Assembly (NCBI GenBank): GCA_950097015.1
Contig: CATNEN010000001.1
Coordinates: 11,532,001 to 11,596,000, forward strand
Direction of reading: 5' to 3'
DNA: 64,000 bases
Source of the DNA: Macrostomum hystrix
Lineage: Eukaryota; Animalia; Platyhelminthes
How positions within the stretch are numbered: position 1 is the first letter of the stretch; each line of letters starts with the position of its first letter. This document shows, piece after piece, positions 11,990 to 22,550 of the stretch. The notes beneath the pieces were generated by a model. The model did no database searches, was not told the DNA's origin, and saw nothing but the letters and a program-made list of their open reading frames with translations. The position numbers and the translations under genes were made by a program.

Positions 11990-13332
11990 ATCTGACTGTA
12001 CAAAATAGGGGAAATTACATTCTAACTGTACAAAATAGGGGAAATTACATTCTAACTGTACGAACTTGGGGAAATTACATTGTAACTGTACGAAATTGGG
12101 GAAATTACATTCTAACTGTACAAAATAGGGGAAATTACATTCTAACTGTACAAAATAGGGGAAATTACATTCTAACTGTACAAAATTGAGGAAATTACAT
12201 TCTAAATGTACAAAATTGAGGAAATTACATTCTAACTGTACAAAATAGGGGAAATTACATTCTAACTGTACAAAATATGGGAAATTACATTCTAACTGTA
12301 CAAAATTGAGGAAATTACATTCTAACTGTACAAAATAGGGGAAATTACATTCTAACTGTACAAAATTGGGGTAATTACATTCTAACTGTACAAAATATGG
12401 GAAATTACATTCTAACTGACCAAATTGGGGTAATTACATTCTAAAAATTGGGGTAATTACATTCTAACTGTACAAAATTGGGGTAATTACATTCTAACTG
12501 TACAAAATAGGGGAAATTGCATTCTAACTGTACAAAATAGGGGAAATTACATTCTAACTGTACAAAATAGGGGAAATTACATTCTAACTGTACAAAATAG
12601 GGGAAATTACATTCTAACTGTACAAAATTGGGGTAATTACATTCTAACTGTACAAAATAGGGGAAATTACATTCTAACTGTACAAAATTGGGGTAATTAC
12701 ATTCTAACTGTACAAAATTGGGGAAATTTCATTCTAACTGTACAAAATAGGGGAAATTACATTCTAACTGTACAAAATAGGGGAAATTACATTCTAACTG
12801 TACGAACTTGGGGAAATTACATTCTAACTGTACTAACTTGGGGAAATTACATTGTAACTGTACTAACTTGGGGAAATTACATTGTAACTGTACGAAATTG
12901 GGGAAATTACATTCTAACTGTACAAAATAGGGGAAATTACATTCTAACTGTACAAATTAGGGGAAATTACATTCTAAATGTACAAAATTGAGGAAATTAC
13001 ATTCTAACTGTACAAAATTGAGGAAATTACATTCTAACTGTACAAAATTGAGGAAATTACATTCTAAATGTACAAAATTGAGGAAATTACATTCTAACTG
13101 TACAAAATAGGGGAAATTACATTCTAACTGTACAAAATATGGGAAATTACATTCTAACTGTACAAAATATGGGATAATTACATTCTAACTGTACAAAATA
13201 GGGGATAATTACAATCCGAATGTAAAAAATGAGTTATAACTCCAGCTAAAGTGCATAAATCTAGGGAATTACTTCTTAATTTGATTGCCCTTAGAGATAA
13301 CTTACAATATAACAGTACAAAAATAGGGGATA
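11990..13332. repeat. 30-bp minisatellite (GAAATTACATTCTAACTGTACAAAATAGGG) in CCR4 intron 3
   Basis: about 40 tandem units. Confidence 0.97.
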
Positions 13333-13362
13333 ACACCTTGTCGATGAAAAAGAGTGACTCAC

Positions 13363-13660
13363 CAGAATCTGGAAGTGAATTGAAATCGCCGCAGATGATA
13401 GTTGGCATGCTGGAAACATCCACACCATCAGCACCCGGATTGCTCTGCAACAGGTGGTCCTCAATTTTCTTCCAGAGAGCGGACAGCAGCATGATGGACT
13501 GGATGAGTTTCACATCGGAGAACTCCGGGTCCCAGTGAATATGAGCGGTCGACACCACTAGCTGGCGCTTTTGCCCGGTGGACTCTTCTAGCACTTCGAA
13601 TATGGCCATGATGGCGATGTTGTCACGCACCATCACCCGATTGATCATCTGCTGATTGGC
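13363..13660 (-). CDS. CNOT6: CCR4/CNOT6, exon 3
   Basis: NRVMVRDNIA..AHIHWDPEFSDVKLIQ..ICGDFNSLPDSG; splice sites CAG|GCC and G|GTGAG. Confidence 0.93.
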
Positions 13661-13744
13661 CTGAGAGTGACGTTAGTTGTTCACACCGACATAATTAACT
13701 GGTTTGGGCATTTGCCAGTTCTACCTTTACAGCCTCCTACATGC

Positions 13745-14340
13745 CTACCCATTCTATCTACCTATCTAACCATAGGTAGGTAGATATATCTACCTATCTA
13801 CCCATTCTATCTACCTATTTACCCATTCTATCTACCTATCTACCCTACCTATCTACCTATTTACCCATTCTATCTACCTATCTACCCATCTACCCATTAT
13901 ATCTACCTATCTACCCATTCTATCTATCTGCATATTCTATCTACCCATTCTATCTACCTATCTACCCATTCTATCTATCTATCTACCCCTTAAACTATCT
14001 ACCTATCTACCCAACCTATCTACCCATTCTATCTATCTGCATATTCTATCTACCTATTTTATCTACCTGTCTACCCAGTCTATATACCTATTTTATCTAC
14101 CCTTTTACCTACAAATCTACCCTTTCTACCCCTACAACGTACCTGTCCACCCATTCTATCTACCTGCCTACCTATTTTATCTACCGGTCTATTCATTCTA
14201 TCCACTCATTTTATTCATTCTATCTCTTGTCGACCCATTCTATCTATCTATCTACCCATTAAACTCTACCGGCCTACCCTTTCTATCTACCTGTTGACCT
14301 ACTCTATCTACAAATCTACCCAGTCTACCTACCCTTTCTT
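13745..14340. repeat. degenerate CTATCTACCCATT simple repeat in CCR4 intron 2
   Basis: low-complexity tandem motif. Confidence 0.85.
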
Positions 14341-14373
14341 TCACTTATTCTCTCAATAGGCTAGGCAATTAAC

Positions 14374-14840
14374 CTTGCAGTCTTTCTCGTATCTCTCCAC
14401 GGCCATCTGGGAGAACTCGATGAGGTCCTCCTTGATCAGGGTGAATCGATCTCGCTTCCAGAAGATGGCCACACCGTCAACATACTTGCTCTCATTGGCC
14501 GACATAGTCCTTGCCCGACTCTTGGGACTGAAGATGCCTTCGTAGCCATTCTTAGCCAGTTCAGGGCGGAAGAACACGCCGAATTGTTCAGTCTCCACCT
14601 CCTGCAGGCAAACAATGTCGGCCTGGTAGGCTCGCAATTCGTCCATAATGCCGCGCCTACGATACTCCCACTGTAGAGCCCAGGACGGACAATATGGATA
14701 TTGTTTCTTAGTGGCGTAGGCTTCGCACAGTACATTATAGCACATCACGGTGAAAGCTGTGCCACCGCCGGTAGAAACATTGGCCGAATCGCGACCCAGA
14801 TAGCACCAGTTGCGGCTAGGCGGTGGCGGCATAGCAAAGC
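14374..14840 (-). CDS. CNOT6: CCR4/CNOT6, exon 2
   Basis: FTVMCYNVLC..YCPSWALQWEYRR..ADIVCLQEVE..FSPKSRART..VDGVAIFW EEP nuclease motifs. Confidence 0.95.
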
Positions 14841-15059
14841 CTGCAACAGTTTTGTTAATAAGATAAATTCAAACTACACTACTGTTAGTAAAAATGTTAA
14901 CTTTGTTGCCAGAATTATTCAATTAAGAAGTAATACTTTGAGAGACAGAATTCTAAGTACACTACTAATAGTAGAAATAAAAACATATGACAAGATATTC
15001 TTATTAAAAATAGAATCTATGCGATTTTAAAGGGAAAATGTTGTTAAATTCGAACTCAC

Positions 15060-15585
15060 CTTCGCTATCCAACAGCCAGGAGAGCATACTTTGAGTAGTC
15101 TCACTATTATACAATTGCAGTATGTCCGGATTCAACGGGTTATGGTTGAGATTTAGCACAGTCAGCTGGAATAGTCGGCCCAGCTGCATTGGCAGGCACC
15201 GAATCTGATTGCCCTGCAGCTGCAGCTCTTTCAATTCGCTCAATTCGCCAATCTCCGGTGGCAGAATTTTCACGCTGTTGTAGGACAGATCCAGGTGGAC
15301 GAGATTTTTCAGCAGGGCAATCTCGCCAGGAATCCGGCTAATCCTATTGTGGGACATGTACAAATAGCGCAGGAAGGTCATTGTGCACAGGCCGGTTGGG
15401 AAGACTTTCACGCCGCCAATTATTTCTAGTTGATCCCAGGATGTTTTGTGCTTTAATGGCTCCTTCTGATCTGGCTTAGCAACCGTAGGCTGGGTAGAAA
15501 CTGGTCGGTGATGAGAATTGCGAGTTAGAAATTGCACCTGGCGACTGCCGCTTAGGTTAATCTCCCATTTGCGTTTGCGTTGCAT
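15060..15585 (-). CDS. CNOT6: CCR4/CNOT6, exon 1 (leucine-rich repeats; spliced CDS 1719 nt, about 572 aa)
   Basis: LRRs LYMSHNRISRIP, LDLSYNSVKILP, LQLQGNQIRCLP; donor G|GTGAG; frame sum consistent. Confidence 0.9.
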
Positions 15586-15844
15586 TTGTGCTGTTTGGTA
15601 TTGATGTTTTATAATGATTCTATTTAGGACTATAGAAAATATTATCTGAAATTGGTGCAGTTGAAAGAATTCTGCTGTTTTATTTAGACAATAATCACAG
15701 ACAATGAATTAGCAGCGATGGCGAATCCATATCTAATAAAAAATAACAATATAATTATTACAATATAGTCAACAATAGTACGAGACGCAGCCAGCATGGT
15801 TACATGAGAGAACTTTGTGAGAAAATAATGTTTGAGAAGAATGG

Positions 15845-16110
15845 AGAGAAGGCTTGGGGGCTTGTCGTGCAATTTACGCCCTAGAGGGCCAACCCCAAGG
15901 CACAGTGGGAGTGTACACTGCCTGACAATGAGAAAGTCAGGGCAGATGTACACACCCTGTCTGAGTGTGTGCCTGCGTACAGTATCTGTGTGCGCCTGTG
16001 CTCAGGACTCAGCGAAATGGGCAGAATTGCCTCCACGCTGGCTGCGGGTCTAGTGTTACCAAATGATGTACCAGTGCTCAGCATTCCTGCAAATTTCGAT
16101 TAATTATAAT
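15845..16110 (+). mobile_element. 5'-truncated copy of SINE family 2
   Basis: homologous to 18160-18380 (CACTGCCTGA..GTCAGGGCAGATGTA hairpin, CTCAGGA.TCAGC.AA.TGGGCAGA.TTGCC); AT-rich tail. Confidence 0.65.
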
Positions 16111-16522
16111 GGGCTGGGATTAAAACTCCCTAACAATCGTTCAAAGCAGCTCTAACCACTTGACTACAAGCACACTAAGAACCCTAAGGATATTTAATGA
16201 AGTTTAAAACAACAAGTACTTTTGTTAAAATGAAATCAAGCTTTTGCTCGATGTCGACTTGATCAATTGTATCATCGAAGTATAAATTAAACTTTAATTT
16301 TCGCATCGGCTAACAGCAACAGTAGCAACAGCAGCAGCTTCTTACAGAGCTACTCATTATTAACATAAGCAGAAGCGAAACAGAGAAACATGGATTACTG
16401 TTTTATCAATTCTAAAATTAAACAACAAAATGCAGTCGGAGCAGATACCTGTGTAGCAAAATAGAACACGTTGACAAATATGGAAACTAATGAATTTTTG
16501 CAATTAAAAATAATAAGCTAAT

Positions 16523-17276
16523 CTAATCGGACTGGGACAGTGTCGCGTACAACTGTCTGACATCTCCAATGTGTCTCAAGCAGCAATCTGTAGAACAATA
16601 CTCTCCGTCCCATTGTGGATCATCAATTGATAAATTGCTGCAACCGTCTCGGACGCAGAACCGTTTAGCTGGCGGTCTGGATGGCGGCTTGGCTCGAATA
16701 AATCGATGGCGCGCTTCAGCGGCCGCGGCAGCCGCCTCAGCAGCAGCGCCTGAATCGTCGGGTTCAAGAGCTTCGACAGAGCTCTTCTTCTTATCGTCCT
16801 GGCTCTCGTGACTGCTTGTATCGCTAGCGCTGTGATTGCTATCAGCGCTGTCTGCATTGCTACTGCTAACACTGCTAACACTACTGACGCTACTCACATC
16901 ATCCTCAGCTCTGTTACTAATAGTAGCATTATTTGCATTGTTTTTAGAGGATTTCGACTTTGTTTTCGATTTCTTCTGTTTGCTGCTTGTCTGCTTTTTT
17001 ACTACAGACTTTGCTAATTTGCTATTTGACTGTTTGGCAGCCGTAGCCGCGTCCATAGCAACTAGGGACGCAGAGGAAACTGGCATGTTTGACATGTTGG
17101 AGAAACTGTGAAAGCGCCACTGATCTCGCAGATCGGCCATCTGGGGCTGAGAACTGCGCTTTGGTCGGCCAGCGGCTAAACTGACCGACATGACTATCTC
17201 AGGTGCGTCAACTGCCGCTGAAGCATTGATTGTTACTGGCTGGTGGGCCATTTGAACCAATCCTAATTCAGGTGAA
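16523..17276 (-). CDS. TOX4-like protein: last exon, or a single-exon ORF from ATG 17251; C-terminal Cys/His motif
   Basis: CVRDGCSNLSIDDPQWDGEYCSTDCCLRHIGDV resembles the TOX4 C-terminus [33 protein letters not shown] (recalled); strong acceptor TTTCAG at 17282-17277; no HMG box seen. Confidence 0.75.
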
Positions 17277-18069
17277 CTGAAATGTTAAATATTCATTCGT
17301 GTATTTAATATCAAATATTTTTTCATTGACTGCACATTTTCATTATGGAACACACAAATTTAACCTGTTTTCAAGACACTCAGATGAAATTGGAGTTTCA
17401 GTTACATTTATAAACTACACTCATTCCAATTTTCTCATTACTTTATGAAACATTTTGACTGACCTAGTAAATTTAAAATAGCTGTTTTGATTATTCTGTT
17501 TCTAGCAATGCTTGACAAAAGTGATTAAATAGATATCTAAAAAAGCGAGTATTAGTTTTTTGGAAAGCTAATCAGGCTAGTTTTAAATACTTTCAGAGAA
17601 CTTTATATTACTTATAGTATTTAATGACACAGGAAAGCACAGAATTAACAGAAAGTTTTGTGGACTTCATAGAAAGCATAATTAAAGCTAGATAAAAAGC
17701 CACTGCCCTGAGGCCCATAGTTAGAATGCGAAAACACAATAGCTATTCTCCTTTCAGTGAGTTTTAATTTTCCCTTTAAATTTCAATATTTCATTTCTTG
17801 TTTTAATGCCTTTGTTTATTTCAAAAATTTGTTTTTTTTGTTCTTTTTTCAAATATTTTATTAACCTAAAATTATGCATGCTACTGTTTTCCTATCGCCT
17901 TCTCTTTAAAAAAATCAATTTGTTTAACCTCAAACATAAAATAAACAAAAAATCAGCACCCAATCGGCGTGCGCACCTCAATAATAATAATTATAATAAT
18001 TACTGAAAAAATAACAATAAGCATTTCTATTTACATTTGAGGGATGGGTTTTGTTAAAGCAGCAAGAAT

Positions 18070-18381
18070 GGGGGTTGGGTGGCAGAGTGGTTAGTGCATT
18101 AACCACTGGGCTTGATTCTGTGGTGAGACCACATTTATCTAGTGTGAATCAGTGATAGAAAGCTTGTGCAATTGTGCAATTTATACCATTGAGGGCACAG
18201 TTGCAGTGAACACTGCCTGATGCTAAGAATGTCAGGGCAGATGTAAACACCTGTGTGCATATGGGCTCAGGAGTCAGCAAATTGGGCAGAGTTGCCCCCT
18301 TGCTGGCTGTGCGTCTCTCACCAAACCCTCACCAAATGATCTGCTATCATCTGTAGCCCTCTTGCAAGTATTCCTATTATT
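18070..18381 (+). mobile_element. tRNA-derived SINE family 2, near full length, decayed
   Basis: A box TGGCAGAGTGG at 18080; 13-bp TSD AAGCAGCAAGAAT/AAGCAGCATGAAT; body shared with 15845-16110. Confidence 0.72.
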
Positions 18382-18477
18382 AAGCAGCATGAATTAAATT
18401 TAACTTTAATTCTAATATTAAACCAGACACTTCTATCATTACAAACATTAAATATTGTGAAATTTCAGAAAAATCAT

Positions 18478-18716
18478 ACCCTCTAATGGAGCCAATTTAA
18501 AAAAGCTGCGGACACTCCTGCTAGGCGCGCAGTTGGTTTCAAGAAAAAGAGCGCAAGTGCTATATATCTTCAGTTTGACTTAACGTAGTGATTGATTTTG
18601 AGAAAAAATGTTGAAAGACCTTTTTTGATCTCCGTAGTGTATTTCTATAATTACACAAAGTGTGGCTGCACAGACAGGAATTTCTTTCTGTGCGCCAATT
18701 GGCTCCAATAGGGAGC
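18478..18716. mobile_element. small degenerate MITE
   Basis: CTCTAATGGAGCCAATT vs AATTGGCTCCAATAGGG imperfect inverted ends. Confidence 0.5.
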
Positions 18717-19745
18717 ATACCTAAAAATCTAAAATAATAATTTTAACCTTGTTCCAAAATATCAATTCAACAAAATGTTCTGAATTTTAGAAGATATTCT
18801 AAATATTCTAAAAAACATTATCAAAATCATCTTTTTTCTACTATAGCATGTGATATAGTTTTATATTGTCCCATACTTTGCTATATAAATGTTTTCAATT
18901 GGTTTCCTGCCTTGCAGAGCAAACTTTCTGACTAAAATAATTTTTGTTTGCCTTAGTTCTGATTTGAATCACTGTTTTCTAGTTGTCAAACTAAACAACA
19001 GAGTGCACTAGACTCAACATTTACTATAGCCTTAAAATAGTATAGTATAATTACAAAATGCCTAGGATAAGATATGATAGATTGTCCTTCTTGACTGCCC
19101 CATCTTTCTTTTTTCTTTAGAGTTGTTCAAAGACAGCCACACAGCCAAGTTGAAAAGTTTTTTTAATGACAGCTTTAAAAGCCATTATCTTTCATAAAAA
19201 AAATATATGCAGAACTATATGATTGCAAAATTGTTAAGTTGATAGTAACAAATTATACAACTATTTAATTTGGATTCTGAGCTTGCAGTTTGGCATGAAA
19301 TTTGCCATAGGCCTATCTTCACCTAAATCATAATATAAAAAATTCACTATGGTAAAATTCTGACATTGGAATCAATCCTGGATGTACTTGTAGAAACAAA
19401 AATATTTTATGCTACAGAAAATATATTTTTAGGCCTACAGTGTTTTGCAGATTCTTATGCCCTGAAGATCTAAAATTCACAGTTTTACTTTTTTCTTTAA
19501 ACATATATTTTATAAATAGTCCCTAGGCTATACAAAAATGACATTGCCATTGGGTTGGGACACTACTAATAATTGAAATACAAAAGATATGACCTATGTA
19601 GTTATATTGGACGCCTTGTTAATAATTATTTAAAGTAAGAAAAATATGCTGTTATTTAATTACAGCAAAATGGATTATGGACTTAAGAAACTAAGTTAAC
19701 AAGTAACTTTAAGCCAAAGGTAACCGAGCTAACCTAGCTTACAGG

Positions 19746-20064
19746 CAGGTTTTTTTTATTATAGGGTGTAATTTACAGCCTGAAATTTGGATTTGCACCC
19801 AGTTTTTGGCACTGGATCCAACTCGTGCATCTGCATTTTTTAGATTAAGATGCATGCAAGTCATTTCTAAGCAAAAGTTACAAACAAAACATCATGTATT
19901 AAATATATTGAACATAATGAAATAATAAGATAATTAATTATTCATCCCAACAAAATTCGCAAATCTAGACCTAGATGCAAGTTGCATCCTGGTTTTCATA
20001 TTTGCATCCATTTTTAAGCTTGAGATGCAAGCTTGCATCCATCTATTTGGCAGAAAAAACGCTG
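19746..20064. mobile_element. non-autonomous hAT-type DNA transposon
   Basis: CAGGTTTTTTT / AAAAAACGCTG termini; perfect 8-bp TSD CTTACAGG (19738-19745, 20065-20072); GATGCA/TGCATC subterminal motifs. Confidence 0.78.
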
Positions 20065-21489
20065 CTTACAGGTAGGGTAGGTTAGTCATTTTTTCTGAGA
20101 ATATGCAATCAACATTAAAATTATTTTAGAGATATAACAAAACTTTCCATACGTATTCTACAAAAATTCTGATAGAGCAACCTAAAGATTGCAAAAAGGT
20201 TCTATTTTTTTAGAAATAAAAATGCTGTCATGCTTCTAATGCAGTTATAATGCGTTAGATAGGCAAATTCTATCTTCTATGAGAAGAATCTTGGAGAAGT
20301 GAAATCTAGTGGTCCTTGGTTTTGTAAGTTAGCTAAAGTGGAAGAAATTTTTTGATTACGTTTTTTTTTCAACTAGGAAAAAATGAGTATTAATATGCTT
20401 AAAAACTGCAGCTAGTTAGGTCGAAGTGCAGTCCGGAAAAATCGCCAACGAGGAGCGAAGGCAATTTTTTCGGACAAACGAGACCGAGATAAGATGTCCC
20501 GGAGACTCCCCCAACGTAAAATCAACGTTTTAGAAACTAAAATTGATGCAGAATTAAAACCACTTCAGATGAAACCATGTGTGACCCCTCTATGGACGTA
20601 AAACATTTAGGGCTACAAGATGTGTGACGTGAAAGTTCCATAGCAACGCGTCTTGGTTGCCATGGCAACAAAAAAGTGACTTTTTTTAGACCCGTCCAAA
20701 TCTTGAATCTCAAAAAATAAGGATTCACAATATGGAGTCAAAAATTGATTGAACCCAACTTTTGGCGAATTTTCAGACCTTCAAGACACTGATTGGTTAT
20801 TTTCCGCTAAATGCTTACCTTGATAGGTAATTCTGTAAAAGTGTGTTTTTTAAGTGTCAAAAAATGCGCATTTTTATCAACTTTCAACTGACGCAGCTCA
20901 AAGGTCGCGCGTCAGCGCGACCTTTGAGCTGCGTCATTCTAACAAAGGCACCTGGGACTCTTACATGACGCACGACTTTAACCAAGATACTCACTTTAAC
21001 TGTACATTCGCACCTGTTAATTACATTCGAATATTCGACGGGTAGGTATTCGAACCGAAATAAAGGAAATTCAACCTTGTTGCGAGACTCTAAAAAGTAA
21101 ATGAATGCTGTCATTTAGGTAAGATCTACATGTTTATAACACATTTTGAGCCGTTTCGTTGCACTGACTCTGAGCCATACACTGCTAAAGTCGATAAACG
21201 TGATTTAGGCTATTTTTATGCATTTTTCATAATACAAATGTACAAAAAATAAGAAACGACGACATGCTAGGAAAATCAGACTTTTTAGGCAAGGTGCACA
21301 ACTAAATTGCGCACAATATGTATATCTTGAAATTTCGTCTTAGTCTATTGACGTCGCTGCCGGTACAGAAATGTACTTTAACGACGGTACGGGGGGCTTG
21401 CAAATCGAACATACTTTTTAGCCTGTAACTTTTGAGCGGATTACCGGAGCACGACGCACTTGGTGTCATTGAACTACATTTTAGATGTA

Positions 21490-22550
21490 CTTTAATTTGA
21501 ATGTATGTTCGCTGTCATTGCACGATGCGTTGTACACCTCAGGTCAGGTCACGTGACTTGCTGGAAATGAAATAATGACTTTGTACCTATACTAAGGATA
21601 GGTGAAGCGTAAGAATGAGCCAAAATTTGTACTTATTAGAAACACCTAGATGACTACTGTCAGAAAAAATGATATTCACGTCTGTCAGTTGCAAAATTTT
21701 GTTATAATTGACTTTTAAAATCGAAAAACGTGATTTTGTGCAAAAACAACCCATATGAGCACACATAGGGTGAAAAATTTATTGATTTTCGCTATGAGGT
21801 TCTTAGCTTCCAAGAGCACTATTGTGCCCAGTAAACACGTACAGATGACTGCTATCTTCGTTAGTGTGCGAAAATTCGTATTTTTACGCTAATAACATTT
21901 ACCGAATTACGAGGTTCCGGTGTTATGCGTTTTTTTTGCTATATTTCACGCTGCCATTTATTAATGATGCTACGCCAGGCCCTCAGTGTGGTGTCAATAA
22001 TTAGCATTTAAAAAGTGCTTTAATTTGAGTGTATGTTCGCTGGCATTGCACGATGCGTTGTACACCTCAGGCCAGGTCACGTGACTTGCTGGAAATGAAA
22101 TAATGACTTTGTACCTATACTAAGGATAGGTGAAGCATAAGAATGACCCATATTAGTACTTATTAGAAACATCTAGATGACGACTCTCAGAAAAAGTGAG
22201 ATTCACGTCTGTCAGTTGCAAAAAAAATTTATAATTGACTCTCAAAATCGAAAAACGTGATTTTGTGCAAAAACAACCCATTTGAGCACTACATAGGGCG
22301 GAAAATATATTAATTTTCGCTATGAGGTTCTTAGCTTCCAAGAGCACTATTGTGCCCAGTAAACACGTACAGATGACTGCCATCTTCGTTAGTGTGCGAA
22401 AATTCGTATTTTGACGCTATTAACATTTTACCGAATTACGAGGTTCCGGTACTATGCGTTTTTTTGCTATATTTCACGCTGCCATTTATTAACGATGCTA
22501 CGCCAGGCCTTTAGTGTGGTGTCAATAAATAGCATTTAACAAGTGCTTTA
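21490..22550. repeat. ~530-bp direct tandem duplication inside a probable non-coding transposon relic (~20.4-22.9 kb)
   Basis: copy 1 at 21490-22018 and copy 2 at 22019-22550, with scattered substitutions. Confidence 0.9.

Noticed and set aside
15900-16040. hammerhead or HDV ribozyme in the SINE
   Set aside because: Could not assemble a CUGAnGA/GAAA core or an HDV pseudoknot
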